From contig JBDHGL010000013.1 in assembly GCA_039589875.1 (NCBI GenBank), positions 1,032-65,031 of the forward strand: 64,000 nucleotides of DNA, read 5' to 3'. The DNA is from Gemmatimonadota bacterium (GTDB lineage Bacteria; Gemmatimonadota; Gemmatimonadetes; Palauibacterales; Palauibacteraceae). The position numbers and the translations under genes were made by a program. Under the pieces are notes generated by a model that saw only the letters and a program-made list of their open reading frames with translations, had not been told where the DNA came from and ran no database searches. Below, in pieces: positions 9,670 through 18,683 of the stretch (the stretch's first letter is position 1; the number at the start of each line of letters is the position of its first letter).

Positions 9670-10712
9670 GCCGCCCCCACGGCGATATCGTCCGCGACCC
9701 GGTCCGGCGGGTTCAGCGAAAACGCCTCGTCCGCTCTACCGACACCGAAGCGACCTCGCGCGACGCGACGAGGCTCGGACGCACCGTCCTCCACGCCAAG
9801 AACCGAAAGGAAAGCATCCTCGAAGGTCGACTCGCGCAGCACTTCCTCGATCTTCACGCCGCAGCCGGCCAGCAGGTTGACGATAGGTGCCGCAGAGGCT
9901 CCCGGAGCGAGCTTGACGTTCAACACGCCCCTCCCGACTTCTGCTCCGAGGACCTCTGAGTGAACGGCGAGAAGCGTGAACGCCTGTTCGCTGAAGCCGG
10001 ATCCACGAATCCTGATCTGGTTCGTGCCCGACGACGCCCTGAGCTCGTCCGGCGATCCGTTTGCCAGCAGCTTTCCGGCCCGGATGATCCCGACCTGATC
10101 GCAGATCTTGCCGGCCTCCGGCACGTTGTGCGTTGTGAGGAAGACCGTAACCCCTTCCACGGCGACAAGATCGACGAGAGAGCGCCGGAGGGAGTCGGCC
10201 GAAACCGGATCCAACCCAGCCGTCGGCTCATCGAGGAACACGAGATCGGGCCGGTTGAACAGGGCCCGGGCCACGGCCAACTTCCGCTTCATCCCGAAGC
10301 TCAGGCGCCCGGCCGGCTCTTTTCTCCGATCCCACAAACCAAACTGGCGAAGAAGCTCCTCCGAGCGGGCCTTCCGCACCTTCCGTCCCATGTGCCAGAT
10401 GCGGCCGTAAAGCTCGAGGTTGTCCCGCACCGCCAGCCGATCGTACAGGCCGGCCTTGTCCAACAGGGCACCGGTTCGCCGCCGGATTTCGTCGATATTG
10501 GTGGCCACATCGCAGCCGAGCACCTCGGCCTTTCCGCCCGTGGGTCGCAGGAGGCCCAGCAGCAAGTGGATCGTCGTCGTCTTGCCCGCACCGTTCGAAC
10601 CGAGAAAGCCGAATATCGAACCGGTCGGGATCTCCAGCGACAGGCGGTCAAGCGCACATACGGTCGCGTATTGCCGCGTCAGCTCGTCGGTTTGAATCGC
10701 GTAGTGGTTCAT
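9666..10712 (-). CDS. ABC transporter ATP-binding protein (ABC-2/CcmA-like) with a roughly 110-aa C-terminal extension
   Basis: Walker A GSNGAGKTT, signature LSFGMKRKL, Walker B LVFLDEPTAGLD, H-loop. The extra C-terminal region is of unknown function. Confidence 0.9.
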   Translation of the reverse strand: MNHYAIQTDELTRQYATVCALDRLSLEIPTGSIFGFLGSNGAGKTTTIHLLLGLLRPTGGKAEVLGCDVATNIDEIRRRTGALLDKAGLYDRLAVRDNLELYGRIWHMGRKVRKARSEELLRQFGLWDRRKEPAGRLSFGMKRKLAVARALFNRPDLVFLDEPTAGLDPVSADSLRRSLVDLVAVEGVTVFLTTHNVPEAGKICDQVGIIRAGKLLANGSPDELRASSGTNQIRIRGSGFSEQAFTLLAVHSEVLGAEVGRGVLNVKLAPGASAAPIVNLLAGCGVKIEEVLRESTFEDAFLSVLGVEDGASEPRRVARGRFGVGRADEAFSLNPPDRVADDIAVGAA

Positions 10713-11066
10713 CGTGCGCCCCGGGGTTGCAGGAGGCGTACGAGATAGGCCCGGCCGAGGTCGCGAATCCTGTCATCTTCCATAACTTACTGCATCGTAT
10801 GATGTTACATGGTCGGCAGCTCTGTTACGCCAAACCCGATGAACGGATGGCACCCATCGGGCTGTTGCCGTGAAACCACATTCATGCGGGCCGGCCTGTA
10901 ACTGGAGCCTTCTAGGAGCGACACCTGCTGCATCCGGACCACATGCCCGCATCTGGGTCGAGCGCCTTATCTTCAGCATCTTCAGTAATCGGCGATCGGC
11001 GAACGGCGTGAAGCCCGGGCTTCGATCCGCCGCGTAGGCGACAAAACCGCACATAACGAAGGAGAG

Positions 11067-11798
11067 GTGGCGTTGACCGACTCGAGCTCGAAGGCCGTCG
11101 ATTCCCGCATGGTGGTGGGCGAAGAGACGTTCGAAGTCGTAGAGGACGCGCTGGTCGATTTGTGGGCGGTCGTCAACGAGCTGGCACGGATTCGCCCGCC
11201 GAAGCCCAAGTACTACCGGGTCACTATCTTCGGCTCTTCTCGCATGAGGAGCGGCGATCGGCTGTTCGAGGATGTTCGTGACCTGGCCAGGCAGCTGTCC
11301 GCGATGGGTTGCGACATCGTGACTGGCGGCGGACCAGGCCTCATGGAAGCGGCGAACGAAGGAGCGAAGCTGGGAGATCCGGACAACGTCACTCGCTCCT
11401 TCGGATTGCCGATCGAGCTGTCGACGGAAGAGGAGCCGAACCCGTTCGTGGAGAAGCTTTATCGGCACCGGACCTTTTTCTCCCGCCTGCATCAGTTCGT
11501 CCGGCTGTCAAGCGCCTTCATCGTCGTTCCCGGCGGGATCGGAACGCTTCTCGAGACCACCATGATCTGGCAGCTCTGCCAGGTAAAGCATGTCTCCGAG
11601 GTGCCGCTCATCTTCCTCGGCGAGATGTGGGAAGAGCTCCGGGTTTGGGCCCGCGAGCACATGTTGGGCGGCGAGCGCGACCTGGCGGGCCAGACGGATC
11701 TGGACATCCCTTACTGCGTCCCCACCGTAGCGGCGGCGGTAGAGATCATCCGAAAGGACCTCGACCTGTTCAACGGCACGAGCGAGGCCGCCGTTTGA
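11067..11798 (+). CDS. LOG family protein (TIGR00730; cytokinin riboside 5'-monophosphate phosphoribohydrolase-like)
   Basis: GGGPGLMEA and PGGIGTLLE motifs typical of LOG / lysine-decarboxylase-like Rossmann proteins. Confidence 0.85.
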   Translation: MALTDSSSKAVDSRMVVGEETFEVVEDALVDLWAVVNELARIRPPKPKYYRVTIFGSSRMRSGDRLFEDVRDLARQLSAMGCDIVTGGGPGLMEAANEGAKLGDPDNVTRSFGLPIELSTEEEPNPFVEKLYRHRTFFSRLHQFVRLSSAFIVVPGGIGTLLETTMIWQLCQVKHVSEVPLIFLGEMWEELRVWAREHMLGGERDLAGQTDLDIPYCVPTVAAAVEIIRKDLDLFNGTSEAAV

Positions 11799-11902
11799 CC
11801 GCGCGCTCGAGCCCCCGGTGGTTCGGGCGATCGTTTGTCGCCCCTGCCGGATTGCTCTATTTTGATTTGTTCGATAGCAGGCACTCAAGCAGGAGAGAAA
11901 GC

Positions 11903-12496
11903 ATGCGTCACCGTAGTTGCAGTGCGGCTCTGGCCCTGATTCTCGGCTTCGCTCTGGCCCAGCCGGCCTTGGGCCAGGAGCTGGATGAGGCCGCCATGAT
12001 GGCGGCATACGAGAAGGCCATGACGCCTACAGATGCCCACGCCAGGCTCGCTGACATGGCCGGCTCTTGGGATATGACGGTCACGATGTGGATGGAGCCG
12101 GGCGCGGACCCGATCGTCAGCAAAGCAACCGCCAGGCGGGAAATGGTTCTAGGCGGACGTTACCTGACCGAAGTCGTGGAGGGCGAGGGCCTGCTGGGTG
12201 GGCCTTTCCTCGGTCACGGCTGGACCGGCTACGACAACCTCGGGGAGGAGTACAAGGCGACCTGGATCGACAACATGGGCACCGGGATCCTGGTGAGCCA
12301 CGGCAAATGGGACGACGAGATCAACGGTATCGTCTGGCACGCGAGCTATATCGACCCAACGACCGGTGGCAAGGTGAAGGTGAAGTCGATCAGCCAGAGC
12401 GAGGGGCCCGACAAGGAGATCTACTCCTGGTACGAGAAGCGAGAGGGCGAAGAGGAAGGCCGTAAGACGATGGAGATCGTCTCGACCCGCCAGTAA
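11903..12496 (+). CDS. DUF1579 family secreted protein
   Basis: ATG at 11903 preceded by AGGAGAG. Signal peptide MRHRSCSAALALILGFALAQPALGQ. DUF1579-like sequence (LTEVVEGEGLLGGPFLGHGWTGYDN…). Confidence 0.7.
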   Translation: MRHRSCSAALALILGFALAQPALGQELDEAAMMAAYEKAMTPTDAHARLADMAGSWDMTVTMWMEPGADPIVSKATARREMVLGGRYLTEVVEGEGLLGGPFLGHGWTGYDNLGEEYKATWIDNMGTGILVSHGKWDDEINGIVWHASYIDPTTGGKVKVKSISQSEGPDKEIYSWYEKREGEEEGRKTMEIVSTRQ

Positions 12497-12523
12497 CGAC
12501 GAGCACCCCCTCGAACAGCTTGA

Positions 12524-12554
12524 GAGGCTCGCGATTCGTCGCGGGCCTCTTTTA
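12524..12554 (+). terminator. Rho-independent terminator after the DUF1579 gene
   Basis: GAGGCTCGCGA-TTCG-TCGCGGGCCTC hairpin followed by TTTTAC. Confidence 0.55.
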
Positions 12555-12649
12555 CTTCCAACCTTTCTGCACCTCTGCGTGTCCAATTCGTAGCTCGACC
12601 CGGGGAGTCTCGCACGGGGGGCGGTTTCACAGGCCGGGGGGATGTGCTA

Positions 12650-12690
12650 GGTTTTTAGCTTACTGCTAATTTTCTAACACAAGGCGGGCG
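12650..12690 (+). promoter_or_regulatory. AT-rich island with dyad symmetry upstream of blaI; candidate promoter/BlaI operator
   Basis: GTTTTTAGCTTACTGCTAATTTTCTAACAC is conspicuously AT-rich in a GC-rich genome. It contains TTAGC-N5-GCTAA inverted half-sites about 45 bp upstream of the blaI start. Confidence 0.35.
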
Positions 12691-12732
12691 ACCACCTCGA
12701 TCGCCCGACCTACTCCTAGCCAGGAGAGCGCG

Positions 12733-13122
12733 ATGCAGAAGCAGCCTCACATTCACCTGACGCGGCGAGAGCGCCAGATCATGGACATCGTGTACCAGCG
12801 CGGTCGAGCTACGGCCGCCGAGGTACAGGAGAGTCTGCCGGATCCGCCAAGCTACTCGGCGGTGCGCGCGTTGTTGAGGCTGCTCGAGGAGAAGGGCCAC
12901 TTGAAGCACAGGCAGGTCGGCCCTCGCTATGTCTACCGGCCCACCGTAGCGCGAGAGACGGCCAGGAGATCTGCCACCCGTCGCCTCCTTGACACCTTTT
13001 TCGAGGGATCGGCCGCGCAGGCGGTGGCGACCCTGCTTGACGTGTCGACCGACGAGCTTACCGGCGACGAGTTGGCGCAGCTGGCAGACTTGATCGACAA
13101 GGCTCGGCGGGAAGGCCGCTAG
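12733..13122 (+). CDS. blaI: BlaI/MecI/CopY family transcriptional repressor
   Basis: 129 aa penicillinase-repressor-type winged helix (LTRRERQIMDIVYQRGRATAAEVQESL…). Its stop is immediately followed by the ATG of the next gene. Confidence 0.9.
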   Translation: MQKQPHIHLTRRERQIMDIVYQRGRATAAEVQESLPDPPSYSAVRALLRLLEEKGHLKHRQVGPRYVYRPTVARETARRSATRRLLDTFFEGSAAQAVATLLDVSTDELTGDELAQLADLIDKARREGR

Positions 13123-14517
13123 ATGGTCGGATTCCTCGACCCGACCTCGCTCATGGCTCTATCGGATCCTGCGGTAATCCTGATCCTCGACCTCGCGCTG
13201 AAAGGAACGGCGGCCCTCGGAGTGGGCCTGCTCGGCGCCTTGATGCTGCGGCGCGGGAGCGCCTCGACGCGGCATCTCGTTCTGGGGCTCACGTTCGGCT
13301 CGCTCCTCGCGCTCCCGCTCCTTGGGCCTCTCCTTCCGAGCTGGGAAGTGGAGGTGCCTTCAGGCGTCAGGTCGTCGCTCGCGAGTGTACAGGAGGCCTA
13401 CGTTGACGACCTGGTGGAGGTCGCGCCGTTCTCTCGGGCGATGCCGCTCGCCGCGCTCCCCTCCGATCGCTTTCCGCTGCGCCTGCGTTTGCTCGCCGGG
13501 TGGAGCATCGGAACCCTAGCGCTTCTCGTCTACTTCGGGCTTGGAACCGTGCGCGTACGCCGGCTCGCGGCGGGAGCACGAAGGGTCACGAACGGCCGCT
13601 GGTTGGAGGAGGCATCACAGGCCCGACGCACGCTCCATGTGGATCGCCGGGTGCGGCTGCTGCAAAGCGATCGTGCGACCGTCCCGATGACCTGGGGAGT
13701 TTTCAGGCCGTCCGTCGTGCTTCCGGCAGGCGCGGAAAGCTGGGACCCGAGCCTCCGACGGGATGTCCTATTGCACGAGATGGCACATGTAAGACGACGC
13801 GATTGTCTGATGCAGCTCGCGGTGCGGGCGGCTTGTGCCCTGTACTGGTTCCACCCGTTCGTCTGGTGGGCGGCTCACGAGATGCGGCAGCTCAGAGAGC
13901 GAGCCTGCGACGATGAAGTTCTGAGAGCCCACCTGCTGCAGGTCGCCAGATCCTTCGGGCGGCCGAGCCTCGCTCAACGGGCAAGCATCGCGTTTGCCAG
14001 GGGACCTAGCTTCGTCGGTCGGGTGACCGACCTGCTCGATGGCGATCGACCGCGCGGCTCGGTGAGGCGCCCGGTTGCCGTCCTTTCCCTTGTCACAGCC
14101 AGCCTATTCGTCGTTCCGCTGGCAGCGATTACTCCATGGCCGGCCGGCGTTGCGGAGGATTGCGTCGCCAAGGAAGCGCCCGCGCGGCTCGTCCACGCCA
14201 GCTTTACGACCGGAGACATCGTCGCGGCGTACGACGCTCCGCACCTTCGCTTGCCAGCGACGCCTCTGCAGGGGAAGGCCGACTTCACCGCTCGTGGGTG
14301 GTGTCCGGTGCGCTTCGGCCAGCCGGCCGACGGGTCGAAGGAGCCGGGAGCCGTGAGTATCTCGCTACGGGACCCGGTCTCGTCACTCAGGCGTACGGGG
14401 CGGCTCTCGCTGGAAACGGTAGCGAAGCGGCCGTCCCCGGCGCTGCCGAAACCGGCAGCCATGTTGCTGGCTTGCGCTTCCTATAAACAACTGGAGATAT
14501 CGGCGTCTAAGACATAG
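13123..14517 (+). CDS. blaR1: BlaR1/MecR1-like M56 family peptidase (signal-transducer/antirepressor)
   Basis: N-terminal TM helices. HEXXH motif (LLHEMAHVRRRD) in a peptidase M56 domain. C-terminal extracellular domain of unknown type, not an obvious PBP/transpeptidase sensor. Confidence 0.85.
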   Translation: MVGFLDPTSLMALSDPAVILILDLALKGTAALGVGLLGALMLRRGSASTRHLVLGLTFGSLLALPLLGPLLPSWEVEVPSGVRSSLASVQEAYVDDLVEVAPFSRAMPLAALPSDRFPLRLRLLAGWSIGTLALLVYFGLGTVRVRRLAAGARRVTNGRWLEEASQARRTLHVDRRVRLLQSDRATVPMTWGVFRPSVVLPAGAESWDPSLRRDVLLHEMAHVRRRDCLMQLAVRAACALYWFHPFVWWAAHEMRQLRERACDDEVLRAHLLQVARSFGRPSLAQRASIAFARGPSFVGRVTDLLDGDRPRGSVRRPVAVLSLVTASLFVVPLAAITPWPAGVAEDCVAKEAPARLVHASFTTGDIVAAYDAPHLRLPATPLQGKADFTARGWCPVRFGQPADGSKEPGAVSISLRDPVSSLRRTGRLSLETVAKRPSPALPKPAAMLLACASYKQLEISASKT

Positions 14518-14595
14518 CCACGATTACTCTTAACTAGTTACAGCAACTCGCGCCGTTACGGAGTGAGGTGGGAGTGAGGGAAGAGGGATGGTTAC

Positions 14596-17361
14596 GTGAC
14601 GGCCGAGCCGTACTCTGGTCGGGCAGGCTCACCTAGAGTCAGGGCGAGGGCGGAAGGGTCGGACGACGTGCTCGAGACAGACCGAAGACGATCAGGACAC
14701 CCTCCCAGCGTGCTGGCGCGCGCGCTACTCGCTGCTGGATGCCTCTTGGCAGCAACGGCGAAGACTGGCTCCATCGCCCACCTGGCCGCCGATCCCCCCG
14801 ATCCCGATCCGGAGAATGCCCCACCCAAGCGGTTGGAGGCACAGCTCGTACCGGAGGGGCCGAGCATCGACGGAACGCTAGACGAAGCGATCTGGCAGAA
14901 CGCGGTGTTCATCTCGGACTTTATTCAGAAGGAACCGGAAGAGGGAGCGCCAGCCACTCAACGCACCGAAGTAGCGATCGTATACGATGGCAACGCGATC
15001 TACATCGGCGCCCGGATGCACAGCACCGATCCCGAGGCCATCGACGCGCTCATGACCAGACGCGACGATGCCGGGACCGCCGATCGACTGATCGTCTCTT
15101 TCGACACCTACCGAGACCGACGCACGGCCTTCAGCTTCGGCGTCACGGCCGCAGGGGTGCGGCTCGACTGGTATCACCCCGAGGACAACGAGTTCAACCG
15201 AGACCGGACGTACGATCCGATCTGGGACGCCGCCGCGAACGTCACCGAGGATGGCTGGACGGCCGAGATGCGGATTCCCTTCTCGCAGCTCCGCTTCAAC
15301 GGAGGGGATCAGCAGGTTTGGGGGCTGAACGTGAACCGGTTCATCCCCGCCAACAACGAGGACGTTTTCTGGGTCTACGTTCCCAAGGACGAGACCGGTT
15401 GGTCGTCCCGCTTCGGAGAGCTCCACGGCATTCAGAATATCAACTCGCCGAGGCGAATCGAGTTTCTGCCCTACGTTGCCAGTCAGGCGACATTCACTAG
15501 CTCTTCCCTCGTCGATGCCACCGACCCGTTCAACGGCGCTACGGACGTCGACGCTCGGTTCGGCTTCGATTTTTCGATGGGGCTGGGGTCCAGCCTATCG
15601 CTCGACGCCACGGTGAACCCGGATTTCGGTCAGCTCGAGGCGGATCCGGCCGTCGTCAATCTGAGCGCGTTCGAGACCTTTTTCCCGGAGCGAAGGCCTT
15701 TCTTCACGGAGAGCCGACAGTCGCTAATGGGCAACGGGCCCAACTACTTCTATTCGCGGCGAGTCGGCGCGGCGCCACACGGCGGCATCGAGGGTGACTT
15801 CACGGCGATCCCCAACGTGACGACCATTCTGGGAGCGGCAAAGGTCACGGGCCGACTCTCATCCGGCCTGTCTATCGGCGCGCTGGGAGCACTGACTGAT
15901 CGGGAGTACGGACAGACATTCGACGAAGAGAGCGGCGAGTTCGGCGAGCTCAAAGTCGAGCCCATGACATCCTACGGCGTGCTTCGCCTCGAGCAGGAAT
16001 TCGGCGCGGAGGCCTCGACGGCCGGCCTGATGTTCACCGGAGTTCGGCGAAACCTCGGGACGGATTCGTTGGCAAACCTCCTCGTCCGGCAGGCGTACGC
16101 TGGCGGCCTCGACTGGAACAAGCGGTTCAGCGGCGGGACCTACGAGCTTCTCGGACATGTCGGGTTCAGCCACGTCGCGGGTGACTCGACAGCCCTGGAG
16201 GATCTGCAGCGCAGCAGCACGCACTACTTCCAGCGGCCGGACCAGAGTCACGTGACGCTCGATCCCTCGCGAACCTCGCTCTCGGGCTGGACCGCCTCGC
16301 TTCGTGCCGAGAAGCAGGAGGGCAATTGGCGGTGGGATGCGGGAACCTGGCTGGAGTCTCCCGGATTTCAGATCAACGATGCCGGACGTCAGTCACAGGC
16401 CGACTTCATCGAGGGATGGGCCGGTCTCTGGTACAACCACACCGAGCCGGGAAGCATCTTTCGCGACTGGCGCGGAGGCGTGTGGACCAACCAGCGCTGG
16501 AACTTCGGTGGGATCAGGCAGAATTCCAACTTCGGCGGCTGGGGCCGAATGACGTGGAACAACTACTGGTGGAACTGGATCAACCTGAACGTCGGTCTTC
16601 GCTCGCAGAGCCACTCTCAGACGAGGGGCGGCCCTCTCATGCAGACGGCTCAATGGTGGAGACTGGCGGGTGGATTCGGCGGAAACCCGGCCAACTCGAC
16701 GAATTGGGGCTTGCAGCTCAGGGGCGGCGGTGACGAGCTGGGCGGTTGGCTGTATTGGGGCAGAGGGAACTTCAGCGTGCAGCCGAACGACCGCATCATC
16801 ATCGGGGTGGAGCCCCGATACGTTCGCCGCGCCGACCCCCGGCAATACCTGACAACCGAGGAGGGCGGAAGCGAGATCACGTTCGGCGAGAGGTACGTGT
16901 TCGGATTCATCGAGCGGAGCGAGATCGCAGCGCCCCTCCGGATCAACTACTCCTTCACGCCCGACCTAAGCCTCGAGGTTTACGCGGAGCCCTTCGCGTC
17001 GAGCGGCCTCTACTCGAGCATCGGAGAGCTGGCGGCGCCCCAAACATCGGACCTGCGGCTGTACGGTACGGATGGCACGACAATCGAGCGCGATGAAGAC
17101 GGCGACTATACGGTCACCGATGGAGAGGACCAGTTCACGATCTCCAATCCGGACTTCAACGGACTCTCGTTTCGCAGCAACCTGGTGCTTCGTTGGGAGT
17201 GGAGACCGGGATCCACCCTGTTCGTGGTCTGGCAGGCGAACCGTTCGGACTCCTTCGACGACGGCACTCCGGTCGGAGCCGGCTCTCTCATGGATGCCTT
17301 CAGCTCGCCGGGAGACAATGTCCTGTCGGTGAAGCTCACGTACTGGCTGCCCGTCGACTGA
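14596..17361 (+). CDS. Large secreted/outer-membrane protein: N-terminal CBM9-like carbohydrate-binding domain plus DUF5916 domain
   Basis: 921 aa. An alternative GTG at 14710 would give a signal peptide (VLARALLAAGCLLAATA). CBM family 9-like region (IDGTLDEAIWQNA…VAIVYDGNAIYIGARM). Long, aromatic-rich C-terminal region consistent with a beta-barrel (DUF5916). Confidence 0.7.
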   Translation: MTAEPYSGRAGSPRVRARAEGSDDVLETDRRRSGHPPSVLARALLAAGCLLAATAKTGSIAHLAADPPDPDPENAPPKRLEAQLVPEGPSIDGTLDEAIWQNAVFISDFIQKEPEEGAPATQRTEVAIVYDGNAIYIGARMHSTDPEAIDALMTRRDDAGTADRLIVSFDTYRDRRTAFSFGVTAAGVRLDWYHPEDNEFNRDRTYDPIWDAAANVTEDGWTAEMRIPFSQLRFNGGDQQVWGLNVNRFIPANNEDVFWVYVPKDETGWSSRFGELHGIQNINSPRRIEFLPYVASQATFTSSSLVDATDPFNGATDVDARFGFDFSMGLGSSLSLDATVNPDFGQLEADPAVVNLSAFETFFPERRPFFTESRQSLMGNGPNYFYSRRVGAAPHGGIEGDFTAIPNVTTILGAAKVTGRLSSGLSIGALGALTDREYGQTFDEESGEFGELKVEPMTSYGVLRLEQEFGAEASTAGLMFTGVRRNLGTDSLANLLVRQAYAGGLDWNKRFSGGTYELLGHVGFSHVAGDSTALEDLQRSSTHYFQRPDQSHVTLDPSRTSLSGWTASLRAEKQEGNWRWDAGTWLESPGFQINDAGRQSQADFIEGWAGLWYNHTEPGSIFRDWRGGVWTNQRWNFGGIRQNSNFGGWGRMTWNNYWWNWINLNVGLRSQSHSQTRGGPLMQTAQWWRLAGGFGGNPANSTNWGLQLRGGGDELGGWLYWGRGNFSVQPNDRIIIGVEPRYVRRADPRQYLTTEEGGSEITFGERYVFGFIERSEIAAPLRINYSFTPDLSLEVYAEPFASSGLYSSIGELAAPQTSDLRLYGTDGTTIERDEDGDYTVTDGEDQFTISNPDFNGLSFRSNLVLRWEWRPGSTLFVVWQANRSDSFDDGTPVGAGSLMDAFSSPGDNVLSVKLTYWLPVD

Positions 17362-17384
17362 CCTCGGGCCGACTTTCGGATGCA

Positions 17385-17420
17385 AGAGAAGCCCGGGCAG
17401 CAGCCCGGGCTTCTCTTTTT
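17385..17420. terminator. Bidirectional rho-independent terminator between two convergent genes
   Basis: AGAGAAGCCCGGGC-AGCA-GCCCGGGCTTCTCT perfect hairpin followed by TTTTT. It lies between the 3' ends of the DUF5916 gene (+) and the PDZ gene (-). Confidence 0.75.
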
Positions 17421-17454
17421 GGGATGCCCGCCTGATCTGTGTTGTCGGTCTCCG

Positions 17455-18603
17455 CTAGCCGGTCACCGCCGCCGGGTGGGGAGCTTCCGCCGGATGGGGA
17501 GCTTCCGCCGGGTGCGGAGCCTCGGGCGCGTGCAGCCCGTGCGAATGAGATCCGTTGCCCTCGGGGGCGACAAAGACGTCCTCACAGTCGTCTGTCCCAC
17601 GCTCCGGGAGAGTCACGGTCAGGCTACGCTCCTGACCTCCGCGCATCACGCTGACTTGGACCGGTCCGGCCTCGGCTCCGCGCACCGCTCGTGCGACGTC
17701 GCCCGTGCTCTCGACGGCCTCGGACCCGATTCCCACGATGACGTCGCCGGCCAGCATGCCCGCAGCGGCGGCGGGTGAATCTTCACGCACCGACGCGACC
17801 AGCGCCCCGCCATCCTCGACGCCGAAGTACGAGCCGAGCTGTTCGGTCAGACTCTGGAGCTGCACCCCCATGCGTCCGCGACCCCTGTGGGCGATCACGA
17901 CGTGCCGTCCATCCCCGTCGCCCTCCACCTCGATGACGCATTCCCGCAGGCGTTCGCGGTATTCACGCAGGTGCTCCCGCGCCTCGCCCATATGCTCCCG
18001 CGCCTTCTCGAGTCGAGCCCTCACCTCGGGCCCGATACGGTAGACGAGAGTTCTAGCCAGAGCGGACCGGTCTCCGAGCTCGACGCTGATCGTCTGCTGG
18101 GATCCACCTCGGTAGACGCCGAGATCGACGCTCCGGCCCGCGGGGGTCTCATGTACGAGCCGGCTCAAAGACGCCACGCTCTCTATCGCCTGCCCGTTCC
18201 AGCTTGTGACCACGTCGTTCTCCTGGAATCCCGCCTCCGCAGCCGGACTCTCCTCGCTCACACTCTCGATCAGGGCGCCGCGCTCTCCCGGCAGCCCCAG
18301 CTGGGCGACGTCGTCGGACGTCACATCCCGAAGCGTGACTCCGAGGTATGCGCCGGAGCCGGCGAAGGTGCGGATGGTCCGCTCTTGCACGCGCACTGCC
18401 CGCTCATGCTGAGCCTCTGCGCGCTCGTGCGCCCGCAAGGCCCGCTCGTGTTCCCTCTCCTCGAGTGCTCGCGCCTTCTCCGCCGCTTCCGCCTTCTCCG
18501 CCGTCGCGGCTTCTGCCGCCGGTTCTTGGGCGCGCAGCGCCTGTGGGGCAACCAAGCAAAGCAGCAAGCCGATCACCGCTATCATCTGAAACCGCCTCAT
18601 CAC
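17455..18603 (-). CDS. Periplasmic protein with two PDZ domains, an N-terminal His/Glu-rich coiled coil and a C-terminal His-rich APHPAE repeat tail
   Basis: Signal peptide MMRRFQMIAVIGLLLCLVAPQALRAQ. EREHERALRAHERAEAQHER segment. Two PDZ-like modules (…GAYLGVTLRDV…GALIESVSEESPAAEAGFQENDVV… and …GMLAGDVIVGIGSEAV…). No protease domain. Confidence 0.75.
   Translation of the reverse strand: MMRRFQMIAVIGLLLCLVAPQALRAQEPAAEAATAEKAEAAEKARALEEREHERALRAHERAEAQHERAVRVQERTIRTFAGSGAYLGVTLRDVTSDDVAQLGLPGERGALIESVSEESPAAEAGFQENDVVTSWNGQAIESVASLSRLVHETPAGRSVDLGVYRGGSQQTISVELGDRSALARTLVYRIGPEVRARLEKAREHMGEAREHLREYRERLRECVIEVEGDGDGRHVVIAHRGRGRMGVQLQSLTEQLGSYFGVEDGGALVASVREDSPAAAAGMLAGDVIVGIGSEAVESTGDVARAVRGAEAGPVQVSVMRGGQERSLTVTLPERGTDDCEDVFVAPEGNGSHSHGLHAPEAPHPAEAPHPAEAPHPAAVTG
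17461..17530. repeat. Tandem 15-nt direct repeats within a CDS, encoding APHPAE repeats
   Basis: GGGGAGCTTCCGCCG repeated. On the minus strand it encodes …HAPEAPHPAEAPHPAEAPHPAA at the C-terminus of the PDZ protein. Confidence 0.7.
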
Positions 18604-18683
18604 TCCCCATCTCCGTTAGGTGTCTATCCCGTTTGCCATCGCTGGATGGACAGCCGGCGGGCAGCGACAGTTGTCCATCGGCC

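Noticed and set aside
10773-11492. 239-aa minus-strand ORF across the ABC/LOG intergenic region and the LOG gene
   Set aside because: It overlaps the LOG CDS on the opposite strand and has no family resemblance. The intergenic part more likely holds divergent promoters.
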